Shown here one piece after another: positions 9,621 to 18,700 of a stretch of DNA of 28,345 bases. A program made the position numbers and the translations under genes. Numbering within the stretch: position 1 is the first letter of the stretch; each line of letters begins with the position of its first letter. The DNA is from an uncultured Pseudomonadota bacterium. Lineage in GTDB: Bacteria; Oederibacteriota; Muellerivitia; Muellerivitales; Muellerivitaceae. The stretch spans positions 1-28,345 of the forward strand of contig CAWJKT010000032.1 in the NCBI GenBank assembly GCA_963843375.1, read 5' to 3'. The notes under the pieces are model-generated. The model was not told where the DNA came from and searched no databases. It saw only the letters and a program-made list of their open reading frames with translations.

Positions 9621-10523
9621 ATGGATAAACCGCATTCCTTGGTAATTGCCGCGGGTAGTTTGGGCGATTCCCTCTTTACCCTGCCCGCTCTCCGATTTTT
9701 GCAATCGCGCTCCGAGGTAACAGTAGCTGGAACGCAGTCTTTTCTTTCACTCGACTCCGATTTTTTGGGAATCAGCCGGGTAATTCCCCTTGATCCCCTT
9801 CTCCAAAAACTTTTGACGCCGGGGCCATTGGAAGTTTCAACTGTGGAATTTCTTTCCAAATTCAAAGAAGTTTATGTTTTTTTCAAGGAAAAGGACGAGG
9901 CCCTTTTCCAAAAACTGGTCTCGGTCAAAGGCCTCCATGTGCATCTGCCTCCCAAATCTTTCAAGGAGTTTCTGGAAGAAGCCCGTTGGGTAGCGGAATA
10001 TTGGCTGGAAACAGCCGCCGGGGAACCCGTTCCTTGGGAGTCGCCTTTCCGCCAATCAAAATTGCTGATTGACGATACCCTGCGCCAAAAGGGCGCTGAT
10101 ATCCTGCTTTCCCTCCGGCTGTCCTACCCCTTGGTGATTCACCCGGGAAGCGGAAGCCCCGAAAAAAACACACCACTTACCTTTTTTCGAACTGCCGCTG
10201 AGCGGGCCGGTGTGGAATCACAAAAACAGGTTTTGGTGGTCTGGGGCGAGGCCGAAGAAAAAAACTTAACGGCCATCCAGGAAGCGTTCGGAGGAATGGA
10301 CCATGTGCGGGTTCTTGCCGAACCCTTGCCCCTGAAACTCCTGGCAGCGGTCTTTTCCCAATCCGCCGCTTACCTGGGAAACGACAGCGGGGTCACCCAA
10401 CTGGCCGCCGCCTGCGGGCTGAGAACCTTCGCGGTTTTCAACACCACCGATTCCCGAATCTGGGGGCCCCAACAGTCGATCATTCTGGCCGCGATGAAAT
10501 CGCTTTATACCGGGGAAAAATAA
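9621..10523 (+). CDS. Glycosyltransferase family 9 (ADP-heptose:LPS heptosyltransferase-like)
   Basis: GSLGDSLFTLPAL at the N-terminus, IHPGSG...K, and YLGNDSGVTQLAAACG are GT9 signatures. Confidence 0.88.
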   Translation: MDKPHSLVIAAGSLGDSLFTLPALRFLQSRSEVTVAGTQSFLSLDSDFLGISRVIPLDPLLQKLLTPGPLEVSTVEFLSKFKEVYVFFKEKDEALFQKLVSVKGLHVHLPPKSFKEFLEEARWVAEYWLETAAGEPVPWESPFRQSKLLIDDTLRQKGADILLSLRLSYPLVIHPGSGSPEKNTPLTFFRTAAERAGVESQKQVLVVWGEAEEKNLTAIQEAFGGMDHVRVLAEPLPLKLLAAVFSQSAAYLGNDSGVTQLAAACGLRTFAVFNTTDSRIWGPQQSIILAAMKSLYTGEK

Positions 10524-10552
10524 AAAAAGAACTTTTGTCAGAGATCTGAGTC

Positions 10553-11473
10553 TTATTTTTTCTTGGGTTTGGACTTAGGGAAAATTTTCTTTCCCTTTTT
10601 ACCTTTGAGCGCTTCCACCAAAGCCGCTCCGATCTCCCCGGGACTAGGAGCCACCGTGATCCCCGCCGCAATTAAAGCTTCGATTTTTTCCTTGGCCGTT
10701 CCCTTGCCTCCGGAGACGATGGCGCCCGCATGGCCCATGCGCTTGCCTGGCGGGGCCGTGGCACCCGCGATAAAAGCCGCCACCGGTTTCTTCATATATT
10801 TCTTCACATATTGAGCCGCTTCTTCCTCGGCGCTTCCGCCGATCTCTCCGATCATGATGACCGCCTGGGTGTTCTTGTCGGCGTTGTAGGCTTCCAGGGT
10901 GTCTAGGTGGGTGGTTCCGATGATGGGGTCTCCGCCGATTCCGATACAGGTGGACTGGCCGAGTCCTAATTGGGTGACTTGCCAAACCGCCTCATAGGTA
11001 AGCGTTCCGGATCGGGAAACAATGCCGATTTTCCCCGGCTTATGGATATAACCCGGCATAATGCCGACCTTCGCCACGCCCGGGGTGATGATACCCGGAC
11101 AGTTGGGGCCGATCAGTCGGACCTCCGGGTGGCACTTCAAGATCGCCCGGACTTTGGCCATGTCATTGGCCGGAATGCCTTCTGTAATGCAGACGATCAA
11201 ATGGATTCCTGCTGCGGCGGCTTCCAGGATCGCGTCCGCGGCAAAAAGAGCGGGAACAAAGATGAGGGTGGTGTTGGCCCCTGTTTTCTCGACCGCTTCT
11301 TCGACTGTATCATAAACTTTGAAGCCTTCAATTTCCGTGCCGCCCTTCCCTGGCGTCACTCCCCCGACCATTTTTGTCCCGTATTCCCTGCAGGCTTTTG
11401 AATGGAAAAGACCCGCGGTTCCTGTGATGCCTTGGCAGATGACCTTCGCGTTTTTATCCAGATAGATACTCAT
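10553..11473 (-). CDS. sucD: Succinate--CoA ligase alpha subunit
   Basis: [34 protein letters not shown] and RMGHAGA (phospho-His). Start overlaps the sucC stop (ATGA). Confidence 0.98.
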   Translation of the reverse strand: MSIYLDKNAKVICQGITGTAGLFHSKACREYGTKMVGGVTPGKGGTEIEGFKVYDTVEEAVEKTGANTTLIFVPALFAADAILEAAAAGIHLIVCITEGIPANDMAKVRAILKCHPEVRLIGPNCPGIITPGVAKVGIMPGYIHKPGKIGIVSRSGTLTYEAVWQVTQLGLGQSTCIGIGGDPIIGTTHLDTLEAYNADKNTQAVIMIGEIGGSAEEEAAQYVKKYMKKPVAAFIAGATAPPGKRMGHAGAIVSGGKGTAKEKIEALIAAGITVAPSPGEIGAALVEALKGKKGKKIFPKSKPKKK

Positions 11474-12642
11474 GCTGGCACCCCTTTCGCAGCAGCGACC
11501 ACCGTTTTGGCGGCCGAATCCATGCTGGTTGCGAATTGATACTGAAGGGTAGATTGGGACAGGAGCTTCTTTCCCTGTTCCACGTTGGTGCCTTCCAGAC
11601 GGATAACCAAGGGCAAGGACAGCCCCACTTCCTTAGCCGCGTCCATGATTCCCTGGGCGATGACATCGCATTTCATGATGCCGCCGAAAATATTGACCAA
11701 AATCGCCTTCACTCGACTGTCGGATAAAATGATCTTGAAAGCCTGGGTAACAGCCTTGGTCGTAGCGCTTCCCCCTACATCCAGGAAATTGGCCGGGGCT
11801 CCCCCGAAATGTTGGATGGCGTCCGCCGTAGCCATGGCAAGTCCCGCCCCGTTCACTAGGCAGCCGATGTTTCCATCCAGCGAGATGTAAGAAAGTCCGT
11901 GCCCGGCGGCTTCCAATTCCCTTGGGTCCTCTTCGTCCGGGTCGCGCCAGGATTCGTACTCCTTATGGCGGGCCAGACCGTTGTCCTCGAAAGCCAGCTT
12001 GGCGTCCAGGCAATGGATATTACCGTCTTTTAAAACCACCAAAGGATTAACTTCGATCAAGGAGAGATCCAACTCAAGGAATACTTTCACCAAATCCTGG
12101 AAGAGTTTGGCGCCCTGATTGATCTTTTCTCGGGAGAGCCCCAAGTTTAGATGCAATTGCCGGGCCTGGTAAGGCTGAAGGCCCACAAGGGGGTCCACAA
12201 AAACCTTTTGGATGGCTTGAGGTTTATGAGCAGCCAATTCCTCAATCTCGGTGCCACCTTCGGCAGAGGCCAAAATCACCGGGCATTGGCGGGAACGGTC
12301 CAATACCACGCTGACGTAAAGCTCCTTGGTGTAATCGGCGGCGGGAGTGATGAATATCTTTTTGACCAGTTTTCCTTCCGGGCCGGTCTGGGGGGAAACC
12401 AGCCGCATGCCCAGAATATCACTGGCCTTTTGTCGGACTTCAATCTCGTCCTTGGCCAGCTTAACACCGCCGGCTTTGCCCCGGCCTCCCGCATGGATTT
12501 GGGCCTTGACTACCCAAGGTCCTGTAGGGAATTTTTTTAGCGCTTCGTCGACCTCCGAAAGATGCTTCACCAGCACCCCGGACGTGACGGGAAGTCCGTA
12601 CTTAGCGAATATTTCCTTGGCTTGGTATTCATGAAGTTTCAC
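11470..12642 (-). CDS. sucC: Succinate--CoA ligase (ADP-forming) beta subunit
   Basis: [56 protein letters not shown] start with AAGGAG upstream. Confidence 0.98.
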   Translation of the reverse strand: MKLHEYQAKEIFAKYGLPVTSGVLVKHLSEVDEALKKFPTGPWVVKAQIHAGGRGKAGGVKLAKDEIEVRQKASDILGMRLVSPQTGPEGKLVKKIFITPAADYTKELYVSVVLDRSRQCPVILASAEGGTEIEELAAHKPQAIQKVFVDPLVGLQPYQARQLHLNLGLSREKINQGAKLFQDLVKVFLELDLSLIEVNPLVVLKDGNIHCLDAKLAFEDNGLARHKEYESWRDPDEEDPRELEAAGHGLSYISLDGNIGCLVNGAGLAMATADAIQHFGGAPANFLDVGGSATTKAVTQAFKIILSDSRVKAILVNIFGGIMKCDVIAQGIMDAAKEVGLSLPLVIRLEGTNVEQGKKLLSQSTLQYQFATSMDSAAKTVVAAAKGVPA

Positions 12643-12715
12643 AATCGCTCCTTCGGATGGAATGGAACGGCCCGTGGCAAAACCCGGCTGATTTCAGTAT
12701 CGCGAGGATATGGTT

Positions 12716-14140
12716 TCAATGGATGTGGTTGTGATACTCCAAAAAAAGGCTTCGAAAGTCGTTAAAAATAACGAAAGCAAACAAACCGACGATCAGAACA
12801 ATTCCGACCTGCTGGAAAGCCATTTGAACCTTGATCGACACCGGGCTTCGCTTGATTCCCTCAATGAGGAAAATAACGATCTGACCCCCGTCCACCAATG
12901 GAATGGGAAGCAGGTTCATCAAAAAAAGAATTAGAGAAATAATGACCACCACGTTGAAGAGCTCAGTTAAACCATGGGAAGCCCTGTCATACATCAAACG
13001 TAGGATTACCACCGGCCCGCCCACGGCTGATTTTAAAGCCACCTTCCCTGTCACCAGCTTATAAATGCCCCCCATATAAGTCGCGCTAAAGTTGACGGAA
13101 AACTGGATGGAATCGGCCACCGCCTGGAACAATGAGACTTTAACAATCTCCTCGTTCCCAGCTTTCGCGTTCTCAATTTCAGCGGGTTGGATTCCGATCA
13201 CTTTATAATCGCCGGTGTCGATGCGGTTTACAGCAACATGAAGGGTTTTCTGGCCGCGCTTAAAATCGATTTGGATGGGATCTTGCTTGGCGCTTCGGAC
13301 TAAATAGGATAATTGGTTCCAATCCGATACCTTTTGGCCGTTGATACTTAATATTTCATCATTGTCCTGCATACCTGCGTTTCGGGCCGGCTGGCCTATG
13401 GCCGCGAGAATCACGGGAGAAACAATCGAATTGATACCCAAAACCGGTTCTTCCGGGGGAGGAGGGCCGAAACCCAGCCAAGCGAGGAGTCGAAATAAAA
13501 GGTTGTCGGAGGAAGCCCAGACGCTCAAGATCTTGGCTGGACGCGTAAGGGTGGTCTTAAAAATTTTCCCCTTTCTATCGACCTCCACCACAACCGAATG
13601 GCCGTAATCCGGCTTGGTGTCAGTAAAAGCGGTAAAAAGGTTTTTAACTTCGACCTGATTGACTTTCAACAAATGATCGCCGCTTTGGAGACCCGCTTTT
13701 TCAGCCAGGCTTCCAGGCGGCACGAAACCAATTATCGGTTTTTCCAAAGGCGTGATTTCACCCTGAACCAACAATAGGCAGGTCATGACCACGAGCGCGG
13801 TGGCCAGGTTCATTAAAGGCCCGCCCAGCGCGATAATGACCCTTTTCCACCAAGAAACGAAAAGAAAATCACCGGGCTCCGGCGGCTTGGCGTTCATTTC
13901 TTCAATCGACTTACCACTCGCATCCCCCCCTTTGGGAAGGCAAAACCCCCCCAGAGGCAAGGCCCGGATGGCATAAACGGTTCTGCCCCATTTGCGGGAA
14001 ATCAAAGTCGGGCCGAACCCGATGGCGAATTCATCGACTTCCACTCCGCAAAAACGCATGGCCACGAAGTGGCCGCTTTCGTGGATATAGATCATGAAAC
14101 TGAAAGCCAGAATGGTTTCGATAAGATGCACTAGGTTCAT
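12716..14140 (-). CDS. rseP: RIP metalloprotease RseP (site-2 protease, M50, two PDZ domains)
   Basis: HESGH zinc motif, FAIGFGP, PLGGF, GGPLMN, two PDZ-like repeats and NLLPIPLVDGG; lies directly after dxr as is typical. Confidence 0.93.
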   Translation of the reverse strand: MNLVHLIETILAFSFMIYIHESGHFVAMRFCGVEVDEFAIGFGPTLISRKWGRTVYAIRALPLGGFCLPKGGDASGKSIEEMNAKPPEPGDFLFVSWWKRVIIALGGPLMNLATALVVMTCLLLVQGEITPLEKPIIGFVPPGSLAEKAGLQSGDHLLKVNQVEVKNLFTAFTDTKPDYGHSVVVEVDRKGKIFKTTLTRPAKILSVWASSDNLLFRLLAWLGFGPPPPEEPVLGINSIVSPVILAAIGQPARNAGMQDNDEILSINGQKVSDWNQLSYLVRSAKQDPIQIDFKRGQKTLHVAVNRIDTGDYKVIGIQPAEIENAKAGNEEIVKVSLFQAVADSIQFSVNFSATYMGGIYKLVTGKVALKSAVGGPVVILRLMYDRASHGLTELFNVVVIISLILFLMNLLPIPLVDGGQIVIFLIEGIKRSPVSIKVQMAFQQVGIVLIVGLFAFVIFNDFRSLFLEYHNHIH

Positions 14141-14282
14141 TCAAAATCCTTGGGTTTACTTTTATTTACGGCGAAGCGGGAATTTATCCCTTAAATTTAG
14201 GTTTTAACCTTTGCTTTTGGAAGAGGTGTTTCTTGAATTGGAACGTTTCCGGCCCAATTCCACAATCCTAGAGTAAAAAAGA

Positions 14283-15431
14283 TTATATATTCGAGGCTTC
14301 TTCACGAGCCCAACGGTCGGCGCTCAATATACCATCCAGGGTGCCGTTTGTCAGGGGCCGGTATTTTCGTAATGTTTTTTCGATGATTTTGGGGATTTGG
14401 ACAAAGGTAATTTCCCCTTTTAAAAACCGTCCCACCGCCACCTCGTTAGCGGCGTTTAACACCGCCGGATAAGTCCCTCCTTTTTCGCCCGCCTCATAAG
14501 CTAGATCCAGGCAGGGAAATTTCTTGCGATCCGGTTTTTCAAAATGAAGCTGTCCGATCCGGGCAAGATCCAACCGATTGACCGGCGAATTGGCCCGCGC
14601 CGGAAAAGTGAGGGCGTACTGGATGGGAATTTGCATATCCGTGGTTCCCAATTGGGCCAGTACCGAGCCGTCGATATATTCCACCATGGAATGAATGATT
14701 GATTCGGGATGGATAACAATGTCGATTTTATGAAAGGGGACGTTGAACAAATAATGCGCCTCGATCACTTCCAAACCCTTATTCATGAGTGTCGCCGAAT
14801 CAATGGTAATCTTGGGCCCCATGCGCCAGGTGGGGTGGTTGAGGGCTTGTTTTAAGGTAATTTTATAAAAATGTTTCTTGTCCAAACTGCGGAACGGTCC
14901 GCCCGAAGCCGTGAGAAGAATTTTATGAATTTCATCCGAATGGCGGGAACCCACCAGGCATTGGAATACCGCGCAATGTTCGCTGTCCACTGGCAGGATT
15001 TTGGAACCTGACTTTTGGGCGGCTTTCGTCACAACTTCCCCCGCCATCACCATGGTCTCTTTGTTCGCCAGGGCGATATCTTTGCCCCTTTGAATGGCGG
15101 TCAAGGTAGGCTTTAACCCTGCCGCGCCCACAATGGCGGAAAGGACCAAGCTCGCTCCAGATTCACCAGCAACCGCCTCCACGCCCTCTGGTCCCCCTAG
15201 AATCCGGGTGGATGTGCCTTTCGTCAGGGACTTTAATTGGGGGAAAAAACTTTCATCCATCATCGCGGCCATTTTGGGTTTGAATGTTTTTATCTGTTTC
15301 GCCAGTTCTTTAGCGTTCCTGTAAGCGGTTAGACCCACTACTTGGAAAGAAGGGTGCAGTTTATGGACGACTTTGAGGGTTGAAACACCGATGGAACCGG
15401 TCGAACCCAAAATGGCGATTTTTCTTGGCAT
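14283..15431 (-). CDS. dxr: 1-deoxy-D-xylulose-5-phosphate reductoisomerase
   Basis: ILGSTGSIG, LANKE, PVDSEH, TASGGPF, HPTWRMGPKITIDSATLMNKGLE. Confidence 0.98.
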   Translation of the reverse strand: MPRKIAILGSTGSIGVSTLKVVHKLHPSFQVVGLTAYRNAKELAKQIKTFKPKMAAMMDESFFPQLKSLTKGTSTRILGGPEGVEAVAGESGASLVLSAIVGAAGLKPTLTAIQRGKDIALANKETMVMAGEVVTKAAQKSGSKILPVDSEHCAVFQCLVGSRHSDEIHKILLTASGGPFRSLDKKHFYKITLKQALNHPTWRMGPKITIDSATLMNKGLEVIEAHYLFNVPFHKIDIVIHPESIIHSMVEYIDGSVLAQLGTTDMQIPIQYALTFPARANSPVNRLDLARIGQLHFEKPDRKKFPCLDLAYEAGEKGGTYPAVLNAANEVAVGRFLKGEITFVQIPKIIEKTLRKYRPLTNGTLDGILSADRWAREEASNI

Positions 15432-15473
15432 GAAATGAAGATCCTGAAATAGAGGGGTAACCGAAAGCGGGAG

Positions 15474-15482
15474 ATTATAACA
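15474..15482 (-). promoter_or_regulatory. Extended -10 promoter (TGnTATAAT) for dxr-rseP
   Basis: Minus-strand TGTTATAAT ~43 nt upstream of the dxr ATG. Confidence 0.6.
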
Positions 15483-15490
15483 CTCGTTCC

Positions 15491-15530
15491 AAAATAAAAA
15501 AACGAATGGTCGGATACCGCCCGCTCGTTT
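15491..15530 (-). terminator. Imperfect terminator hairpin downstream of the GH5 gene
   Basis: Minus strand AAACGAGCGGGCGG-TAT-CCGACCATTCGTTT followed by TTTTATTTT. Confidence 0.5.
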
Positions 15531-15709
15531 AAAAACCTTAACGGAATGTTAAAACGGCTTACTTTCTCTGACTTTATCTAAGGGGCTTGGGATAGGCTTC
15601 ATTCCATCCTAAAAAAGGACTTCCAACAAGGACTTTCGTCTGAATTAAACACCCTTGTGGCGATTCCACAAGACGAACTAAAGATTCAGGCCCGTTAGCG
15701 GCCAAGACA

Positions 15710-18700
15710 TTATCGCAAAAGGAGGAGTTTGGTCACCGCGTGGTAGCCGATATGGTTGGAGATCACCACGTAATAAAGGCCGCTGGCCAGGGGCGTGCCC
15801 CACTTGTCACTGAGGATCAAAGGTATACGCCATGTCTTGGCGGTGGTACTTCCGCTGCTTACGGAAGCCGTCACGCCCGGCGACGAAGTGGAGTACTCGT
15901 TGTTCTGCACTTCCCGGAAGGCCACCGTGAAGACCTGCACCGTCATCGAATCTGACGCCTGACTCGTTGTCGCCGCCACCGTGACCGGTTCTGTGCCTGT
16001 CGCCGGATTCGGGTATACAACGGGCGTTGAACCCGGTTGAAGCGTGGAAGTGGGTGTCGCGGACGCCGTGGTACTCCCCGAACCGATCGTGATTGTCGCC
16101 CCGCCAACCGGCATATTGGCGAATAGAACCGGCTCGCCGTTGCTCCCCGCACCGCTGGTGATACTGAAGGCGTAGTTCCCTGCCGCCGCGCTGCTGGAGA
16201 AGTTCACCACCACTTCATAAGTCACCGCCCCGCTGCTGGCGGGAATGGTATTGCTCGACGTTAAGCTAAAGGTCGCCGTCGTTCCACTGAAACTGGCGGT
16301 GGAGATCACCGTTCCGTCGTCCACAAGCGATATGGAAGTGATCCCCGTGGGCGGAACCCCTGATTCGCTCAGGGTCAAACTGCTTAAAGTCACCACATTG
16401 GTACCCGGATTGGTCAGTTGGATCTGCTGTATCGTCACGCTGGAAGCTCCCGCCACTTGGGTGGAATTCGAAGGAGGACTCGTTCCCTGCGAAGCCTGGA
16501 CCGTCACTTGAGTGGGTGTTCCGGTTACGGTGATGGTGAAGGTAGCGGTGTAAACAGCCGTAGCGGTTGTCGTATTGGTCGCGGTATTCGCCAAGGTATT
16601 GGTAGGTGTGGCTGTAGGGGTTTGAGTGGCCGTAGTGGCAAAGGTATTGGTGAATGTGGAAGTGGTGGTATTGGTAACCGTATTCGTCAAGGTGTTGGTG
16701 GGTGTGGAAGTCCTGGTTTCGGTTGCCGTGTTGGTTGGGGTACTGGTTGGGGTGTTTATGGGTGTGTTGGGAAGACTTGCCGTGGGCGTCAGGGAGGCGG
16801 TGTTGGTGGCGGTCTCGGCAAAGGTACTGGTGGGCGTGGATGAAGCCGTATTCGTGGCGGTATTCGCGAAAGTGCTTGAAGGTGTCAACGTCGTAGTTGA
16901 AGAAGCCGTATTCGTTGGTGTAGTGGTGGCCGTGAAAGTCGTGGTGAGCGTCGCCGTACTTGAAGGTGTTGAAGTAGCCGTATTGGTCGCGGTGTTCGCC
17001 AAGGTGCTGGTGGGCGTCAAGGTGGTCGTATTCGTGGCGGTCTTGGTCGGGGTTTGGGTCGTCGTGTTGGTCGGGGTATTGGTCGCCGTCATGGTCGTCG
17101 TATCCGTGGCGGTGTTGGTGCCGGTATTCGTGGACGTGAAGGTTGCCGTACTCGTGGCCGTCTTGGTGGGAGTCGAGGTAGGCGTCGAGGTCAAGATGGT
17201 TCCCGTGGGGCTCAAGGTCGGCGTATCGCTGATAGTGGGGGTGGCGGTATTGGTCGTCGTTGAGGTGGCGGTACCGGTAGCCGTATTGGTCGCCGTCAGC
17301 GTGATGGTGGAAGTGGCGGTGTTGGTAGCTGTGGCAGTGGTGGTACGGGTAGTGGTGGAAGTGGCCGTATTGGTCGAAGTATTCGTCAGGGTATTAGTGG
17401 GGGTAGCTGTCGGGGTATAGGAGGGTGAAGTGGTGGCGGTACGGGTAGCGGTATTAGTCGTGGTCCCCGTCGCGGTAGTGGTTACCGTATTGGTCGAAGT
17501 GCTGGCTGAAGTGCTCGTGGAAGTCGCCGTCAGGCTGTTGGTAACGGTTAATGTCGGCGTGGAGGTCAAGGTAGAGGTCGGCGTCGCAGTAGCGGTCTTA
17601 GTCAAAGTGTTTGTCAGAGTGGCCGTAGGGCTATTGGTTGTCGTATTGATCGGTGTCGCGGTAGCTGTCAAAGTCATGGTGCTTGTGGCCGAACTGGTCA
17701 ACGTGTTTGTAATGGTCGGGGTGGGACTGTTAGTGGGGGAAGAGGTGAAAGTACGGGTGGCAGTGTTGGTGGTCGTAGCCGTTGGACTGCTGGTAGGGGT
17801 ATTTGAGGAGGTATTAGCCACCGTATTGGTAGGTGTGGGAGAGGAAGTTCGAGTGGGCGAAGAGGTGGAAGTACTTGTTCCCGTATTCGTAGAAGTAGCC
17901 GTGGGGGTGCGGGTTGCGGTGAAAGTAGGGCTGGGAGTCGGGGTAAAGGTATTGGTGGAGGCGACAACGGAGGGTGTGGCGGTGGGCGGTGCGGTTCCCG
18001 CTAAACAAACATTGTCGATCCAGAATCCAAAAGTGGAAGGGGCTCCTTCGGTCTCCCATTGGAGCGAACTCACCCAGGTAATGGCCTGGGACAAACTATA
18101 AGTCACTCCGCCGATGACAGGCGGACAGGTTCCCGCACCCCAATCTTGGCACTCGCAAGCGGTGACGGGAACGGAAACAAATTGCCAAGCATTGGCGGTA
18201 TTGATGTTGATGTCGAACCCATATTGGTTGTCCGTGCCTCCCCCGCCCACCAAGGACCCCATCCAGCTTAATGGCGCGACCGCGACGTTGGGGTTATTGA
18301 GGTTGAACCGCAAGGTCACGGGAGCGACGGTGGATTGGACATAGAAGGAAATATTCGTCACCCAGCTTAAGTTGGAATATCCGGTGTTCATCTGGGTCGC
18401 CAAGGCGAAGCCGGCATAAGTGGTTACGCCCCCGTCCGTGACACAGCCGTTACAAGCCCAACCGCCTGTCACATGGGCCGAATAGGTACTGGGCGAAACG
18501 GCCGCAATGCTGTTATCCATGATGACGGAACAAGGGACGCCCCCTGGGCAACTGACAGTGGACATGGCCGGGGTGACCGGGGTGTTCGATGCGGTCGTCC
18601 AGTCATAGGTGAACCAATCGCCGTTGGTATTGTTGTAAAAGGTGTCTTCAGTGAAGTTTGAGACTTCCCAGCATGAGGCGGGCGTCGGCGTGAAAGAAGG

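Noticed and set aside
15562..15605. Minus-strand AATGAAGCC...TCCCAAGCCCC...TCAGAG, reminiscent from memory of twister ribozyme core words
   Set aside because: There is no downstream GGG partner for the UCCC pseudoknot, no P1 stem and a poor P4. Treated as coincidence unless Infernal with the twister models scores it.
16510..17990. CRISPR array or DGR-type repeat
   Set aside because: The repeats are in-frame, degenerate at third positions and lack a constant repeat/unique spacer pattern; no cas or reverse transcriptase gene is present.
16626..18101. Long Val-rich plus-strand ORFs (16626-17420, 17430-18101; also 5274-5888) resembling membrane proteins
   Set aside because: They are antisense shadows of the Thr repeats (ACN codons read as GTN on the other strand), they coincide with the repeats and have no translation signals.
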